From NCBI GenBank assembly GCA_963514005.1, contig OY740813.1:8370001-8434000 (forward strand): DNA of 64,000 bases, given 5' to 3'. Every line of letters starts with the position of its first letter. Position 1 is the stretch's first letter. The DNA is from Raja brachyura. Taxonomy: Eukaryota. Below, piece after piece: positions 11,661-23,033 of the stretch. Position numbers and translations under genes: made by a program. The notes beneath the pieces are model-generated. The model had not been told where the DNA came from. It saw only the letters and a list, made by a program, of their open reading frames with translations, and searched no databases.

Positions 11661-12164
11661 ACAGAGAAGCTTAAATTGGTCTCATTGAGTGAATGGGTTT
11701 GTAAGTAAATTGGCCAAACTTGTCTTGTAATAAATAACTAATGACTGAGATCAGAATATGCCACACTGTAGAGGTTGTGTTGAAGATGGGATTGGACTCT
11801 GCTGTGATGCCGCTCATGGTAGAGAGATTTGAAACATTAACCATTTCTTTCCACAAGTGCATTTTGATAGGCTGGGTGTTTCCAGCATTTTCTGTTTTAT
11901 CATGGTTAGGTCATTGCCTCGGTATTTAGGCTTTCTATGCATTCAATAGATGAGTAAATGAATTAAACTACAGCCCTGTGTATAGCTATGTAGCATGTCT
12001 CTATGCTTTCCTTTTTTTATTTTAAGTTGCCCATTAGTCGCCAGTGTTAATATTTCTTTGTGATTCTGTGTCGTCAACTTGGTTCTTGTTTGGTGTTTTG
12101 CTTGTTCTGCTATATTACTTGCTCTTATAAACAAGAAATTTAGAGCGGAAGATGTAAACATTTG

Positions 12165-12343
12165 GAACACAAAGTGCTGGAGTAACTCTGTGGGTCAGGC
12201 AGCATCTGGATTGATAACTTTTCAGATCAAGACCCCTCTTCAAACTGATAAGCCTGAAGAAGCATCTCAACCTGAAGCGTACTCTATCCATGTCCTCCAG
12301 AGATGCAGCCTGACCTGCTGAATTGCTCCAGCAATTGGTGTCC
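12165..12343. mobile_element. Fold-back Penelope-derived element (degenerate hammerhead)
   Basis: Arm caaagtgctggagtaactc...ggcagcatctgga and its reverse complement flank cctgaagaagcatctcaacctgaag. Confidence 0.7.
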
Positions 12344-12373
12344 TATTGTGTATTAACAGTTTAGTTTATTATT

Positions 12374-12660
12374 GGGCGGCACAGTAGCATAGTGGCAGAG
12401 TTGCTGCCTTACAGCGCCAGAGACCCGGGTTCGATCCTGACTACGGGTGCTGTTTGTACCGAGTTTGTACACTCCCCCTGTGACCATTTGGGTTTTCTCC
12501 AGGTGCTCCAGTTTCCTCCAACATTCCAAAGACGTATAGGATTGTATGTTAATTGGCCTCTGTAAATTCTAAATTTACACCCTAGTGTTTAGGTTAATGC
12601 TATTGTACTGGGTGATCGTTGGTCGGTGTGGACACGGTGGGCTGAAGGGCCTGGTATCTC
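12374..12660 (+). mobile_element. HE1-type tRNA-derived V-SINE
   Basis: tRNA-like head with B box GGTTCGATCC (12428-12437), V-domain ggttttctcc...ttcctccaacattccaaagac, CR1-like tail gggctgaagggcctg. Confidence 0.85.
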
Positions 12661-12740
12661 CGAAGTATTGCCACGTGTATTGATATACAGTGGAAAGCGT
12701 TTTTGGTGCATGCTATCCAATCAGCGAAAAGCCAATCGAG

Positions 12741-12976
12741 CTGTGTAGGAAAGAACTGCAGATGCTGGTTTAAAACGAAGATAGACACAAAATGCTAGGG
12801 TACCTCAGCGGGAAAGGCAGCATCTCGAGAGAGAGAAGGAATGGGTAACGTTTCGTTTCGAGACCCTTCAGATATGAAATCGGTCTGAAGAAGGGTATCG
12901 ACCTGAAACGTCACCCATTCCTTCTCTCCAGAGATGCTGCCTGCCCCGCTGAGTTACTCCAGCATTTTGTGTCTAT
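12741..12976. mobile_element. Fold-back Penelope-derived element with near-intact minimal hammerhead
   Basis: About 95-bp inverted arms (12781-12873 and 12884-12976). Confidence 0.8.
12882..12915 (+). ncRNA. Minimal type-I hammerhead ribozyme motif
   Basis: GGT-CTGAAGA-A-GGGT(ATCG)ACCT-GAAA-C-GTC-ACC: both core boxes, stem II, GUC triplet, and stem I GGU/ACC. Confidence 0.65.
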
Positions 12977-13599
12977 TACAATTGAGCTGTACAGATACGG
13001 GATAAAGTTGGGACAATGTCTGTCTTCTAACATATAAACTAGGAATTAGATGAATATAGATATTTGACTTTTGTTGAAATCCAGTGCAAAAACCAGAGTT
13101 TTGAGCTAACCAGAACAATTATTGTAAGATACAACATATGTAGACTTAGTGAGAAAGATGTACCGATGAAGAATTTTGGCGCCTACGGGAGCACAGTTGC
13201 GTCTGTTGTGTAAATGACATGTGTCACATCAAGCCTTAAAATTCTTAAATTATTCATGGATGGTAAAATAATTTTTAACCCAGTGACTTGCTTTATTTAA
13301 TGGGAAGTACCTGGTTGCATACAGTGTAATCTGATTCGTCATAATGGTGCTACATATCAACCTGGATTGTATCATCTTAGTTTGTTTTCTTTTCACACAC
13401 TCTATCTATGCTGGGCTGAAACCCTGGCTGTGTTTACAATGCAGGATATCCGGGCAAGCCAGCAGTATGTAATAAATCGGTCAGGATGGGTGCAGCTCAG
13501 TGACGGCGTTTGATTATTTGAACAGTTGGCAGATTGTTTCTGCACTGGTAGATGCTTTGTTTTAGTTGTTGGACCTGTGTGAGAGCCAGGCTAGCGCAT

Positions 13600-14060
13600 A
13601 TGATTGCTCTTTCTCTTACTCAATCCTGTTTTCTTTCCCCTTTTTCTCCTCTTGTCCACACATCTTCCCCTTCATCTTTCTCTTGAACCCCCCCTCGCCA
13701 TCCTCTCCCCATCATCCTTCCTCTCGCACATCACCTTCATCTGTCTCTTGTGCCTTCCTTCTTCCTTGCCCTCTTTTCTTTATCTTCCCCACCTTGCTAT
13801 CCATTCTTTCTCTTGTTCCCCTCGTCGTCCTCTTTCGCTCTTGTTCCCCGTCCTTCCTCGCCATCCTATTTCTCTCGAACTCCCCCTCCACCGTCTCTTT
13901 TCTCCCCGTGATCCTTTCTTCTTGCACCCCCCTCGCCATCCTCTCTCTCTTTCTCACCCCCTCCCTCACCGTCCTTTCTCTCATGCCCTAACCTTTGCCG
14001 TCTTCTTTCTCTCACGTGCCCGCCAGCTCCTCGCTGTCATCTTTCTCCTGTGCTTCCATT
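13600..14060 (+). repeat. Polypyrimidine (CT-rich) low-complexity tract
   Basis: About 460 bp dominated by C/T. Confidence 0.9.
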
Positions 14061-15721
14061 TCATGGTGAGATTCATTGCCATGTAGCCCCTTGCTTGAAG
14101 TACTGCCATGTATTCTTGTGTGCAAATATGATCATTAATTTACCTGTTTGTTTTTTTACTCTGCATGTCAGCTGCATTTGTTGTTGCCCTTGAACTTAAA
14201 CCTGTAGTTGCCTATTCATTCAAAGTCCAATAGTAGTGGCCAGGGTTGGGTAGCCTGGCTTGGCTGCTGAGACAAACTGGAACCAACGTGCTTATTAACA
14301 AAATGGAATAACATACGTACTGGGATTTATTTCCAAAGATATCCACGTTCAAAACCAGGACTGGTCTAATTGCATGTGAAAATACTGACCCCGGAGATAA
14401 TGCATCAAAGATGTATGAGAATAATAGCTGAGGTCCAATTTAAAAAAAAAACAAACTATCAGGAAAGAGCGTACCTGTTGCTGCTTTCCTTGGAAAGGAG
14501 ATGACTTTTAAGAGACTCAATTGAAGTTTTAAGATTGTATAGAACATGAGGTAACCTTTTAGCTTGTAGATTCCAACACTGCCATAAAAATACGAGCAAA
14601 ATCTATTAGAAGTGAGAAAAATCATCTCTCACTGTTTTGGGCATGGAAAGAAGAAGGGTTAGGGTTGTTTTCAAAGCAATATAAATGTTTTCAGATGCGC
14701 TGAAAATAATTAGAAGAAATTGATTGAGGCTAGTGAGTTGTATCAATTTCACCACCACCCAGATGAACCTATTCTTCTCACAACTGCCCTTCCTGCTCCA
14801 CCTAGTTGTGTGCCATTTTGAGCCCTTTTCAGTTGGATGTCAGTGGGCACATCCTTTTAAAACACAGAGCATATATAAATATATGGAATTTTAGATTCAT
14901 GATGCTGCAAGCATTTCGTGGGGGGAAAAAGTATTTGCTACTTTGCAAGGACACATGAATATTTTAGGTTGTGAACTGATATGCTGTGCAGTAAATGGGA
15001 AGGAGAGAAGCCAGATTTACTAATAACATATATATATAACCCAAGTGAACAAGTAAATAGCCTAGCATCATTCATTGCGTATCAAGTGATGTCATGTGTT
15101 CAATTCTGAGCACGTTGGATTACACAGAAACGAGCGGTGTGGGAGAGGACTTCTCTGAGGATTGACATGGACTTGGTGGCTGAATGGCAGCATCTGTTGT
15201 AAGGAAACATGAAAATCTTTAAGGGTGTATTGGAGATGTATTGGAGTGAGGAGTTCAATCATGTGAACAGACCTTAGTGAAGGAGGACAATGTGAGCGTT
15301 AATTGTTCAAAATTGTGGGGTTTCTGTAATGTGAGAAAAAATGATGGTACTGGCAGGTGAGGTTGTAACCAAAGAGCCCGGATTTATAATAAGGAGCAGT
15401 GGGAAGGTGAACATTTTTTCACATTGCACCACTAAGGAAGGTATGTAGTTTATTTATATTGAGTTGTGGTGTTGAATGCACTGCCTGAGGTGTTTGAAGT
15501 AAAAGATCAGCCATGTTCTTGAACGTGAGGGAAGGTTTGGGAGAGTGATTTGCTTACTCCTGTTCCAAATTCTAATGTCGGTACATCCGTTTACATGTTA
15601 TTTTCTCAGTAAAAATTTATGTTCAAAAATTTAATATTCAAACATTTCTTTATGAAGATCCCTGACTCGTTAGTGAGAAAAATCCCACCACAAGGTGGAC
15701 AATTATTATCTTTCAATACCA

Positions 15722-16410
15722 GACAATACAATACAATAGTACTTTATTAGCCAAGTATGTTTTCAACACCGAAAAATTTCATTTGCCAAGTCAGTCATAC
15801 AAATAAAAAGCAACAGAACACATAAACATCCACCACAGTGATTCCTCCACATTCCTCACTGTGTCGGTCGGGGGGCCTCGAGCTTTCCGTTGCCGGGACG
15901 ATCTTACTCCCGTAGCCAGCGGTTGGGCCCTTTGCGTCGGGTTAATCAGCTCCTGCATCGGGGGGGAGGAATCTCAGCTCCCCGCACCGAGCGATCTACC
16001 CCGGGTCGGGGCTTGTCGAACCGTCTGCTTCGTTCGAGCACCCGACATCTACAGTCGCAACCCGAGACTGCGGGCTCTCAATGTAAAGTCCTCAGGGAAG
16101 CTTGGGGATCGGCCCCGATGGTAAGTCCATGCCCCGTGAGGGGCTCAATGTCAGTCCCGAGCGAGGCCTCCAGCTCCATGATGTTAGGCCGCAGAGCGAC
16201 CGGAGATACGACCCGGAAAACAATCGCATCTCCGGCAAGGTAAGAGATTGGAAAAAAAATGTTTCCCCCGACCCCCCCCCCCTCCCCCTTCCCCAACATA
16301 AAACAAACCAGAGAACATTAACACAAACTTTTAAAAACACTAAAAATAACAAAGATGAAAAAACAGACAGACTGTAGACGGGGCTGCCAATTGTGCGGTA
16401 CCCCTAGTGT
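15722..16410 (-). mobile_element. GC-rich non-autonomous retroelement (copy A)
   Basis: Minus strand: CACTAGGGG head, T-rich then G-rich block, hairpin, GC-rich body, tail catacttggctaataaag...(attgt)n. Confidence 0.7.
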
Positions 16411-17377
16411 TTCACCAGGGGCGCTGCACCCTGAACCCTATTATGATGAGATCGATTGTAAAATGCATTTTCCATTCCACCCCTGAGGTTTCAAAGAACA
16501 ATTGGGCTGTGTTGTTCCACTAGTGAGATCGCAGTACTGTGCTGTATTGCTTTGTTCTGAAATACACATTAACTGATGGAACTTATTTGGTGTATTTCAG
16601 TTTTGTAAAAAATTAATTCCATGGATGCTTTGAACAGTTGATTGATGTAAGAATGAGTCACTGGTTTCGATGGGTAAGCTGGCAGATTTTCATTGGTACA
16701 AAGTTGTATCCCTCTGCAGAGAGCAGAATGTAGTGGGCACTACACAACCCTGTAAGTTGTCTGTGCTGAAAATGTTTCTGATTCTGCAGTCCCAGATTCA
16801 TTTTGATCCTGTGGACTTATGGTAGTTTGGATTAATTTCTACACCATCATATTTGTGGCATCTTTAGTACTCGTAGCCGATAATGTTGAGTATACTCTTG
16901 GCAGCCAGTGTGATAAAAGTGGTTATTATTTTTTATTCACGTTCCAATTTAAACTTCTTGATTAGTGCAGGTTACGGGGAGATGGAAGGCGAATGAGGTT
17001 AAGAGGGAGAGATAGATCAGCCATGATTGAATGGAATAGTCGACTTGATGGGCCGAATGGTCTAATTCGGCTCCTATCACTTATGACTTTAAACGGGTAT
17101 TGTGTCTATCTTCAATTGATTGTCAATTGAATACTGGAGTAACTGCGGTTAGGCTGTATCTCGGGAGAAAATGGATCGGTGACGTGTGGGTCAGTGCCTG
17201 AGCCGCTGAATTATTCCAGCGTTTGTGTCTATCTTTAATATAAACCAGCATCTGCAGCTCCTTGTTATTACATTGTATATTGGAGTTGGTTGAAGGATGA
17301 ATATCAGATTCTGCAAAGGTTGATGGTATTGTGTGTGGTTTGAATGGAAGCATCAATTTAGAAAGACATCTTAAATA

Positions 17378-17765
17378 ATTGAGTCTTACAGCACAGGAAC
17401 AGGATGCCAACCATGATGCCCCATCTCTAAGCAAGTTCCACTTGCCCATCTTTGGCCCATATCTCTTTAACCATTTCCTATCCATGATCCTGTCCAAGTG
17501 TTTAAATGGTGTTATAGTACTTGTCTCAAATACCTCCTCTGGTGGCTCAATCCACATACCCGCCACCTCTGAGTGAAAAAGCTACCCTTGATTTAAAACT
17601 CTGCATTTATCCTGTCTATTCCCGGTGATTTTATACACCTCTTTAAGATCACCCGTTAGCTTTCTGCGCTCCAAGGTATAAAGTCGTAGCCTGCCAAACC
17701 TCTCCTTATTGCTCATGCCCTTGAGTCTTGGCAACATTCTCGTAAATCTCTGCACTCTTTCCAGC
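17378..17765 (-). mobile_element. Older CR1 LINE 3' fragment
   Basis: Minus strand LERVQRFTRMLPRL...LYTLERRKLTGDLKEVYKI. Confidence 0.75.
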
Positions 17766-17861
17766 ATGAGCGAATGGGCCAAATTAGCAAAGTATTTTAG
17801 ATCCGGTAAATTAAATAATTCAACGTAATTAAAATGACAGAACCGCTCACTTTCTGAACCA

Positions 17862-18090
17862 AAGCGCAGTGGCGCAGCTAGTAGAGCCCTTGCTCCTCAG
17901 CATCAGAGACTTGGGTTCGATCTTGACCTCGGGTACTATCTGTGGAGTTTGCACGATTTTCCTGAAACCACCGGATATTCCAGTTTCCTCCATATCCCAA
18001 AGATGTGTGCGTATGTGGCTTAATTGGGCTCTGTGATAACATTGACCTACTGTGAACGGGTGATCGGTGGTTGGCTTGGACCAGGTGGAC
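17862..18090 (+). mobile_element. HE1-type SINE
   Basis: gcagtggcgcagctagtagag A box, gggttcgatc B box, V-domain. Confidence 0.8.
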
Positions 18091-18500
18091 TGACATTTCA
18101 AGTCGGGAACATTCTGTCTGAAGAACATGTCACTGATATATTGATGACGTTGTCTGTTCTTTTCCTTCCCCGCGCTGCTTGATCCGCTGTTCCTCCAGCA
18201 TTTTGTTTGTGCTCAAGGTTCAGCATCTGCAACTTTTTGTGTCTCTTAAGTCTTGAGGTTGTGAGAATATTTTTCACATATTTAACTTGAACTTCATGTT
18301 CAGTTTCAAACTCCAGTTGGTGGCAGTTTTCAATTGAAAATCTCTGTACACATGAGAAGTAACGGCCTGTCTCTCTGAACCTGAAAAGTGACTCTCTCTC
18401 TGTTGATCTCTCTCCCCCACAGGCACTGAACGACTGACGCCCCTGCCACCCGCTGGAGAACAGGTTTTGAGCTGTGCCAGCCTTGCTGCAGAGCCTGGCC

Positions 18501-21500
18501 ATGCAGCCACCACCCTCGAGATTATCGCCAGGAGTCGCCAATGCTGCAGGAGCCCCACCAAGCGGGGGCGCCCCCAATGTCTTCCGCCGCAACGCCCCTT
18601 TCAGACGGCCCAACACGCCGCTCTCCGGAGCCCCGCTACCACCGGTCACCGATCCTTTTGGACTGAGTCGGCCCAATCAACCCGGTGACTTGGCAGCGCC
18701 GCACGGCGCCAACAGCGGGGGCCCGCTGCTCCCCCCACCTTTGTCGAGTCAGCAAGATGGGAGCCCCGCTCCACCTCGGTGGCCCGCAGACACTGTGCAC
18801 AACCCACAAGGGTCATTTCCCGGGCCGTCCACCGCCCCGGGCGAGCGGTCAGAACCATGTGGTGCACCGGCGCCTCTTGCCCCGATGTCACGCTTTGGCG
18901 ATGGCCAGTTCTTCCCCGCGTCCCCTCCTGACGCCGGGCAGGGCCTACCCCCCGAGCCCTCGTACTTCCACACGGGGCTAGGGCCAGATGGCGGCGAGTT
19001 TGGGCCACGTCACGGCGCGACCCCTTCCCAAGCAAGGAACTCCCACGGGCAAGAACCACTTCCTTTCCCTCCCGGCGCGCCGGCATTCTCACCTCAGCTC
19101 CAGCCAAGCACTTCCTCCCAGTGGGTGGCGAGTCATGGCAGTCGGCCTCCCTCCGTCCAAAACTACTTTCAACCCAGTGACCCCCAGACGCAGGGCTTCG
19201 GCAGTTACTACTCTCCAGTCCAGCTGCCACCTTTTCCAGCTCACCAAAACCAGGCTCCTGGCAGCTTTTGCCAGCAGCAGCATCCACCGCCAGAGTCTTT
19301 TGCCCAGTTCGCTGGAGGAGAGCGCAAGGACAGTAGTCGGCCACCTCCCTTCCACCACCCGGCCCAGCACCAACAAAACTCAGGCGCTGGCTTGGCCCAC
19401 CCAGAGGACTGGGCACACAGTTTCCCACGAGAACCATGCCCTCAGCAATCTCCCAGACCCGACAGTCTCCCCCCACAATCAGGCCACCCCCCAGACTCTG
19501 ACCCAACTACTGTTTCTATGTTTTTCAAAGGGGGCGAGGTAGAGAATAAAGAAACCCTGGCAAGCAACTTTCAGCGTGGAGCTGATGTTGCGACTGGAGA
19601 TGCCTTTCAGCCAAGTCAAGGGCTGTTCTTCAGTGGATTGCCCCCTCCAGAGTCGGGGCAGCAGGCAGTGGGTCGGGCATCTGGAGTTGAAGCCCATGGC
19701 TTCCTTCCCCCACCACCTGCCCCGTACGGTGTTTACAGCCAGGGTTCTGGAGGCCCTGCTGAGATCAAGGATCCCACTATGCCTCAGCGTGGCGGGGATG
19801 GGCTGACACTGGAAAATGACGAGAATGCTGAATTTGCACCGAACCAAGAAGTGTTGCCCAGTGAACCTGAAAGGATCTCTGTGGGATTCCAGCCCATGCC
19901 TGGCTTGGCAAACCAGGGACAGCATGTCACCAAAAATATTGCAGCAGCAGGCGGACCACCTGTGAATCAGGAGACCCCGGACGTGACACCTCACCCTCTG
20001 CGATCGGACAGCATCTCCTCGAACCACAGCAGCACCAGTCACAGCAGCGGCTCAAGTCTGCGGCGCTCCCAACTTCCGCCAAACACTTTCATCCAGCAGG
20101 AGATCGGGAAGCCACCGACCGATGCTGCCTCCTGCTTCTTTGAGCAGATAGACACTTCTCCGCTCTGTCAGGACCCCTCCTATCCGGGCAGGGAGGCGGC
20201 GAGCGCTGGGCGGACTATGTATTACAGCCAGTTGCCGCATCCCACCAATCCCACATCTCCAAAGCCGACGGCCACCTTCCAAGCCAGCGCCAACAGCTCG
20301 TTTGAGCCCGTGAGGTCACACGGACAGTTCGCAGTCAAGGGTGCGGAAGTGGATCAAGCAAACATCGTGATGGAGCTCGGCCAGGCTGCAGCCAGCACTG
20401 CGGGGCAGCAGCAAACTGCGTCAGATATCTCCCCAGGCAACCTAGAACAACCACCCGACAACTTGGAAAACATCACAGTCCCGCACACTCGCTCAAACCT
20501 CTATGCAGGCCCAGGGGCCCCTGAAAATATGTTGCCACCCATGCCAGAGATGTCAGAGAAGAGAACACCTTTGAGAATGCATGGCGCCCGTGCAAAAGCA
20601 GAGAGCCCAGCTGCCACCCTGTGGGCACAGAACGAGCTGCCGAACTTCACTGCTGGGATTGTGCTGGCGCTGGCTGCTCCAGCTGTGCCCACGGCAGTCA
20701 AGGAGCCCAGTGCTGAGGTTGGCCAACCTCCTCAAGATGGCAGCAAGGAGGCGAGCTACCCAGTGCTCGTGGGCAACATGGAGAATCCTCCCCAGGCACC
20801 TGAAGGTGTAGCCCCCAAAGGCCAGGCAAGTTCCAGCTACGCCACGCTGCTGATGCCATCTCTGGCTGCGCCAAACCCACCTGTGCTACTCGCTCGGCCT
20901 CTGCAGACCAGTTCCTCTGCTCCAAAGTCCAGCCCCGACCAGCCTCTGCGGGATCGGGGCGACGGCCAAAGCGTTTCCTTTACGAGCCCTGCACCGCCAG
21001 CTGCTGGCCTTGCCACTGCGCTCGGATCACCACCTGCCCAGGCACCACTCAATCTGGCTGCAGACGGTCACCTCGACCCAAGGTTTGCAGGTGGAGGACC
21101 ACCAACAAGGGACATGAGCACCCCTGCCAGCCCCCCCTCTAACCGAGTACCTGGCGCAACCATAATTGCCCCGACCTCCGCTCTTCAGCCACGCAGTGAC
21201 ATCAGTAAAGACGATGTAAGAAATCCAGGTTTTCATCCGCCTGAGTCATCTGCCAACTGTGAGCTGCTTGATTTCACGTTGCGTCGCTCTCCACCGAATC
21301 AGTCCATCGCCAATGCTAATCAACCTGCGTCCCTGCCACTTAATAATACCACACAGCACCTTCCTCCTTGCCAGACCTACGTGGCAGGGCTCGGCATTAA
21401 TGACAAACCAGGTTTCTATCTGCAGGTCACCAAAGATGTCCAACAGCAGCAACAGCCGATGGCCACAATGACGGGGCAACAGGCAGTCCCCCCGCCCCTC

Positions 21501-21887
21501 CCACCCATGGCTCATGACTCCGGCCAGCATCCGCCAGGCTCGGTGCCGGCCAGCAGTCATGGCGCACCTGTGGGCTACGGGTACCCAGAGTTGGCTTCTG
21601 CCCAGCCTGCCGCACAGCAGCAATCAGTGGCTCCGGCTCCTGTAACAACAGCAGCAGCCTCCCAGCTGCCCTCGCATCAAGAGGTGCCACTGCAGCACCC
21701 GTACCCTCAGGGGCTGCCGCAGGTGGGCTACACCTATCCCTATCCGTACCTGTATCAGGATTACAGCACGGATCCTCAGCAGGCATATGCAGTGCCTTAC
21801 CCATCCTACCCACCTGTGGATCCCAGAGTTGGTCAACAGATGCCTTATCCACCAATGAGTTCCAGAGGCAACCATCCATATTATCAG
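18501..21887 (+). CDS. SEC16A: SEC16A coding exon 1 (giant exon 18423-21887; N-terminal disordered region, 1129 codons)
   Basis: GCCATG start; MQPPP...PVTDPFG N-terminus and SEC16A motifs SMFF..EVEN.ETL, NQEVLPSEP, TFIQQE, FQASANSSFEPV, SPGNLEQPPDNLE, ESPAATLWAQ, FYLQVTKD. Donor CAG|GTAACT, phase 0. Confidence 0.96.
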
Positions 21888-22588
21888 GTAACTGAACGCT
21901 TGTCTTTTTTTATCATTATCCGGTTATCGCTTTATTCGGCAGTTAAATAAATTGCTCATAATCAAGGGAGGTGGTGGGGTAGGTTGGGGGCATGTTTATG
22001 TTTTATTTTATTCACCCCTGTAGCCTTTTATCCTCTGACTCCATCCACTCTTCTGCCGCACCCAGCACATGCTTCGTGGCACACTGGGCATCATATTAAA
22101 TTTGGCACTGGTACTTATGAAGAGGTGTTCAAAAAGCTTCATGAAACTGGAACATTTGGTGGCATCACAAATGAGAATTGAGGCAGCGTTTGGGAGATTC
22201 AAGAAGCAGCTTCAAGGTTGGGCAGTGTGGAGAAGCTACGACTATCAGTGATCGATCAAAGCATAGTCAGAAATGCTCACAGTGTTGATTTCTGAGGCCT
22301 ATAGAATAGAGGGTCGGGATTGAGATGAATGGGGCTAATAGAGGGAACTTGATTTACATACTGCCCATTGTGCCTTTAGGCACCTGTATGGCGGGACTTA
22401 AAATATGGGCATGTCATGATGAAGCAAACGGGTCAGTAAATTGCACAAACTAAATTCTGCCAGAACACTTGGAGATGCAGTCATTAACTGTTTTGTTGAT
22501 GTTGGTTGAAGGTTTTTGAAACTTGTTTTATTTTGTTACCTTTGATCGGTTGCCAGAACCCAGGTTTTAAATTGTGCTTGTTCTTCAG

Positions 22589-22725
22589 GGTGATCCATAC
22601 CGGCGTTACAACGTCCCGTATGCCAGGTACGATGCCAATAATGCAGGTTCCAAGGATCAAGAGAGGGAGAGGACCAGTCGACCCAGCTCCAGAACAAGTC
22701 AATCCTCTGACAGACCACCCTCTAG
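22589..22725 (+). CDS. SEC16A: SEC16A coding exon 2
   Basis: ttcttcAG acceptor; GDPYRRY...RPSSRTSQSSDRPPS(R); AG|GTATGT; 137 nt, phase 0 to 2. Confidence 0.93.
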
Positions 22726-22983
22726 GTATGTTCATTGTCACTTCATAACAGGGAGCCTTTTTATTATTCTTAGTAGTTTATGACAGCTTTTCAGTGGATG
22801 CATCTATCAGATTTCTTTAGGATTGTTTTAGAATGTTTTGATCTTCTTTGTTTTGCCCCTTCCCTAAAAATCTGATCTTTCCTCACCTCATGGATTATGA
22901 ATCTTGACAACCAAACGATGTATTAACACGTTTGACATTAACGATGTATCCACTGGGACATTGTAACTGAGCCCACCGCAGGT

Positions 22984-22987
<4 letters not shown>

Positions 22988-23029
<42 letters not shown>
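22988..23029. repeat. (TA)21 microsatellite within a Rex1-like tail
   Basis: Directly visible; followed by tail gacacatgacaataaactctcttgacttgacttga. Confidence 0.95.

Positions 23030-23033
<4 letters not shown>

Noticed and set aside
12374-12450. tRNA gene-like A/B boxes (also at 17862, 28770, 37100)
   Set aside because: No complete cloverleaf; each continues into a V-domain and LINE-derived tail, so these are SINE heads.
13566-14086. 141-160 aa ORFs in the CT tract
   Set aside because: Low-complexity sequence lacking A, so stops are rare.
16200-16250. Minus-strand cttacct...ggagat...gttttcc resemblance to U1 snRNA
   Set aside because: Only scattered short matches, no Sm site, and the homologous copy at 43.7 kb lacks them.
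18474-18500. ORF-track start at 18474 and ORF extension to 21950
   Set aside because: 18474 is a GTG; the homologous start is GCCATG at 18501 (MQPPP). The ORF tail past 21887 is read-through into the intron.
18098-21879. Many antisense and alternate-frame ORFs over the giant exon (e.g. 18646-19506, 286 aa)
   Set aside because: Expected shadows of a GC-rich coding exon; no recognisable domains.
22160-22270. RTE-like RT peptide (RIEAAFGRFKK..VW); possible RTE zinc-finger remnant near 41240-41300
   Set aside because: Too short and decayed to call or bound with confidence.
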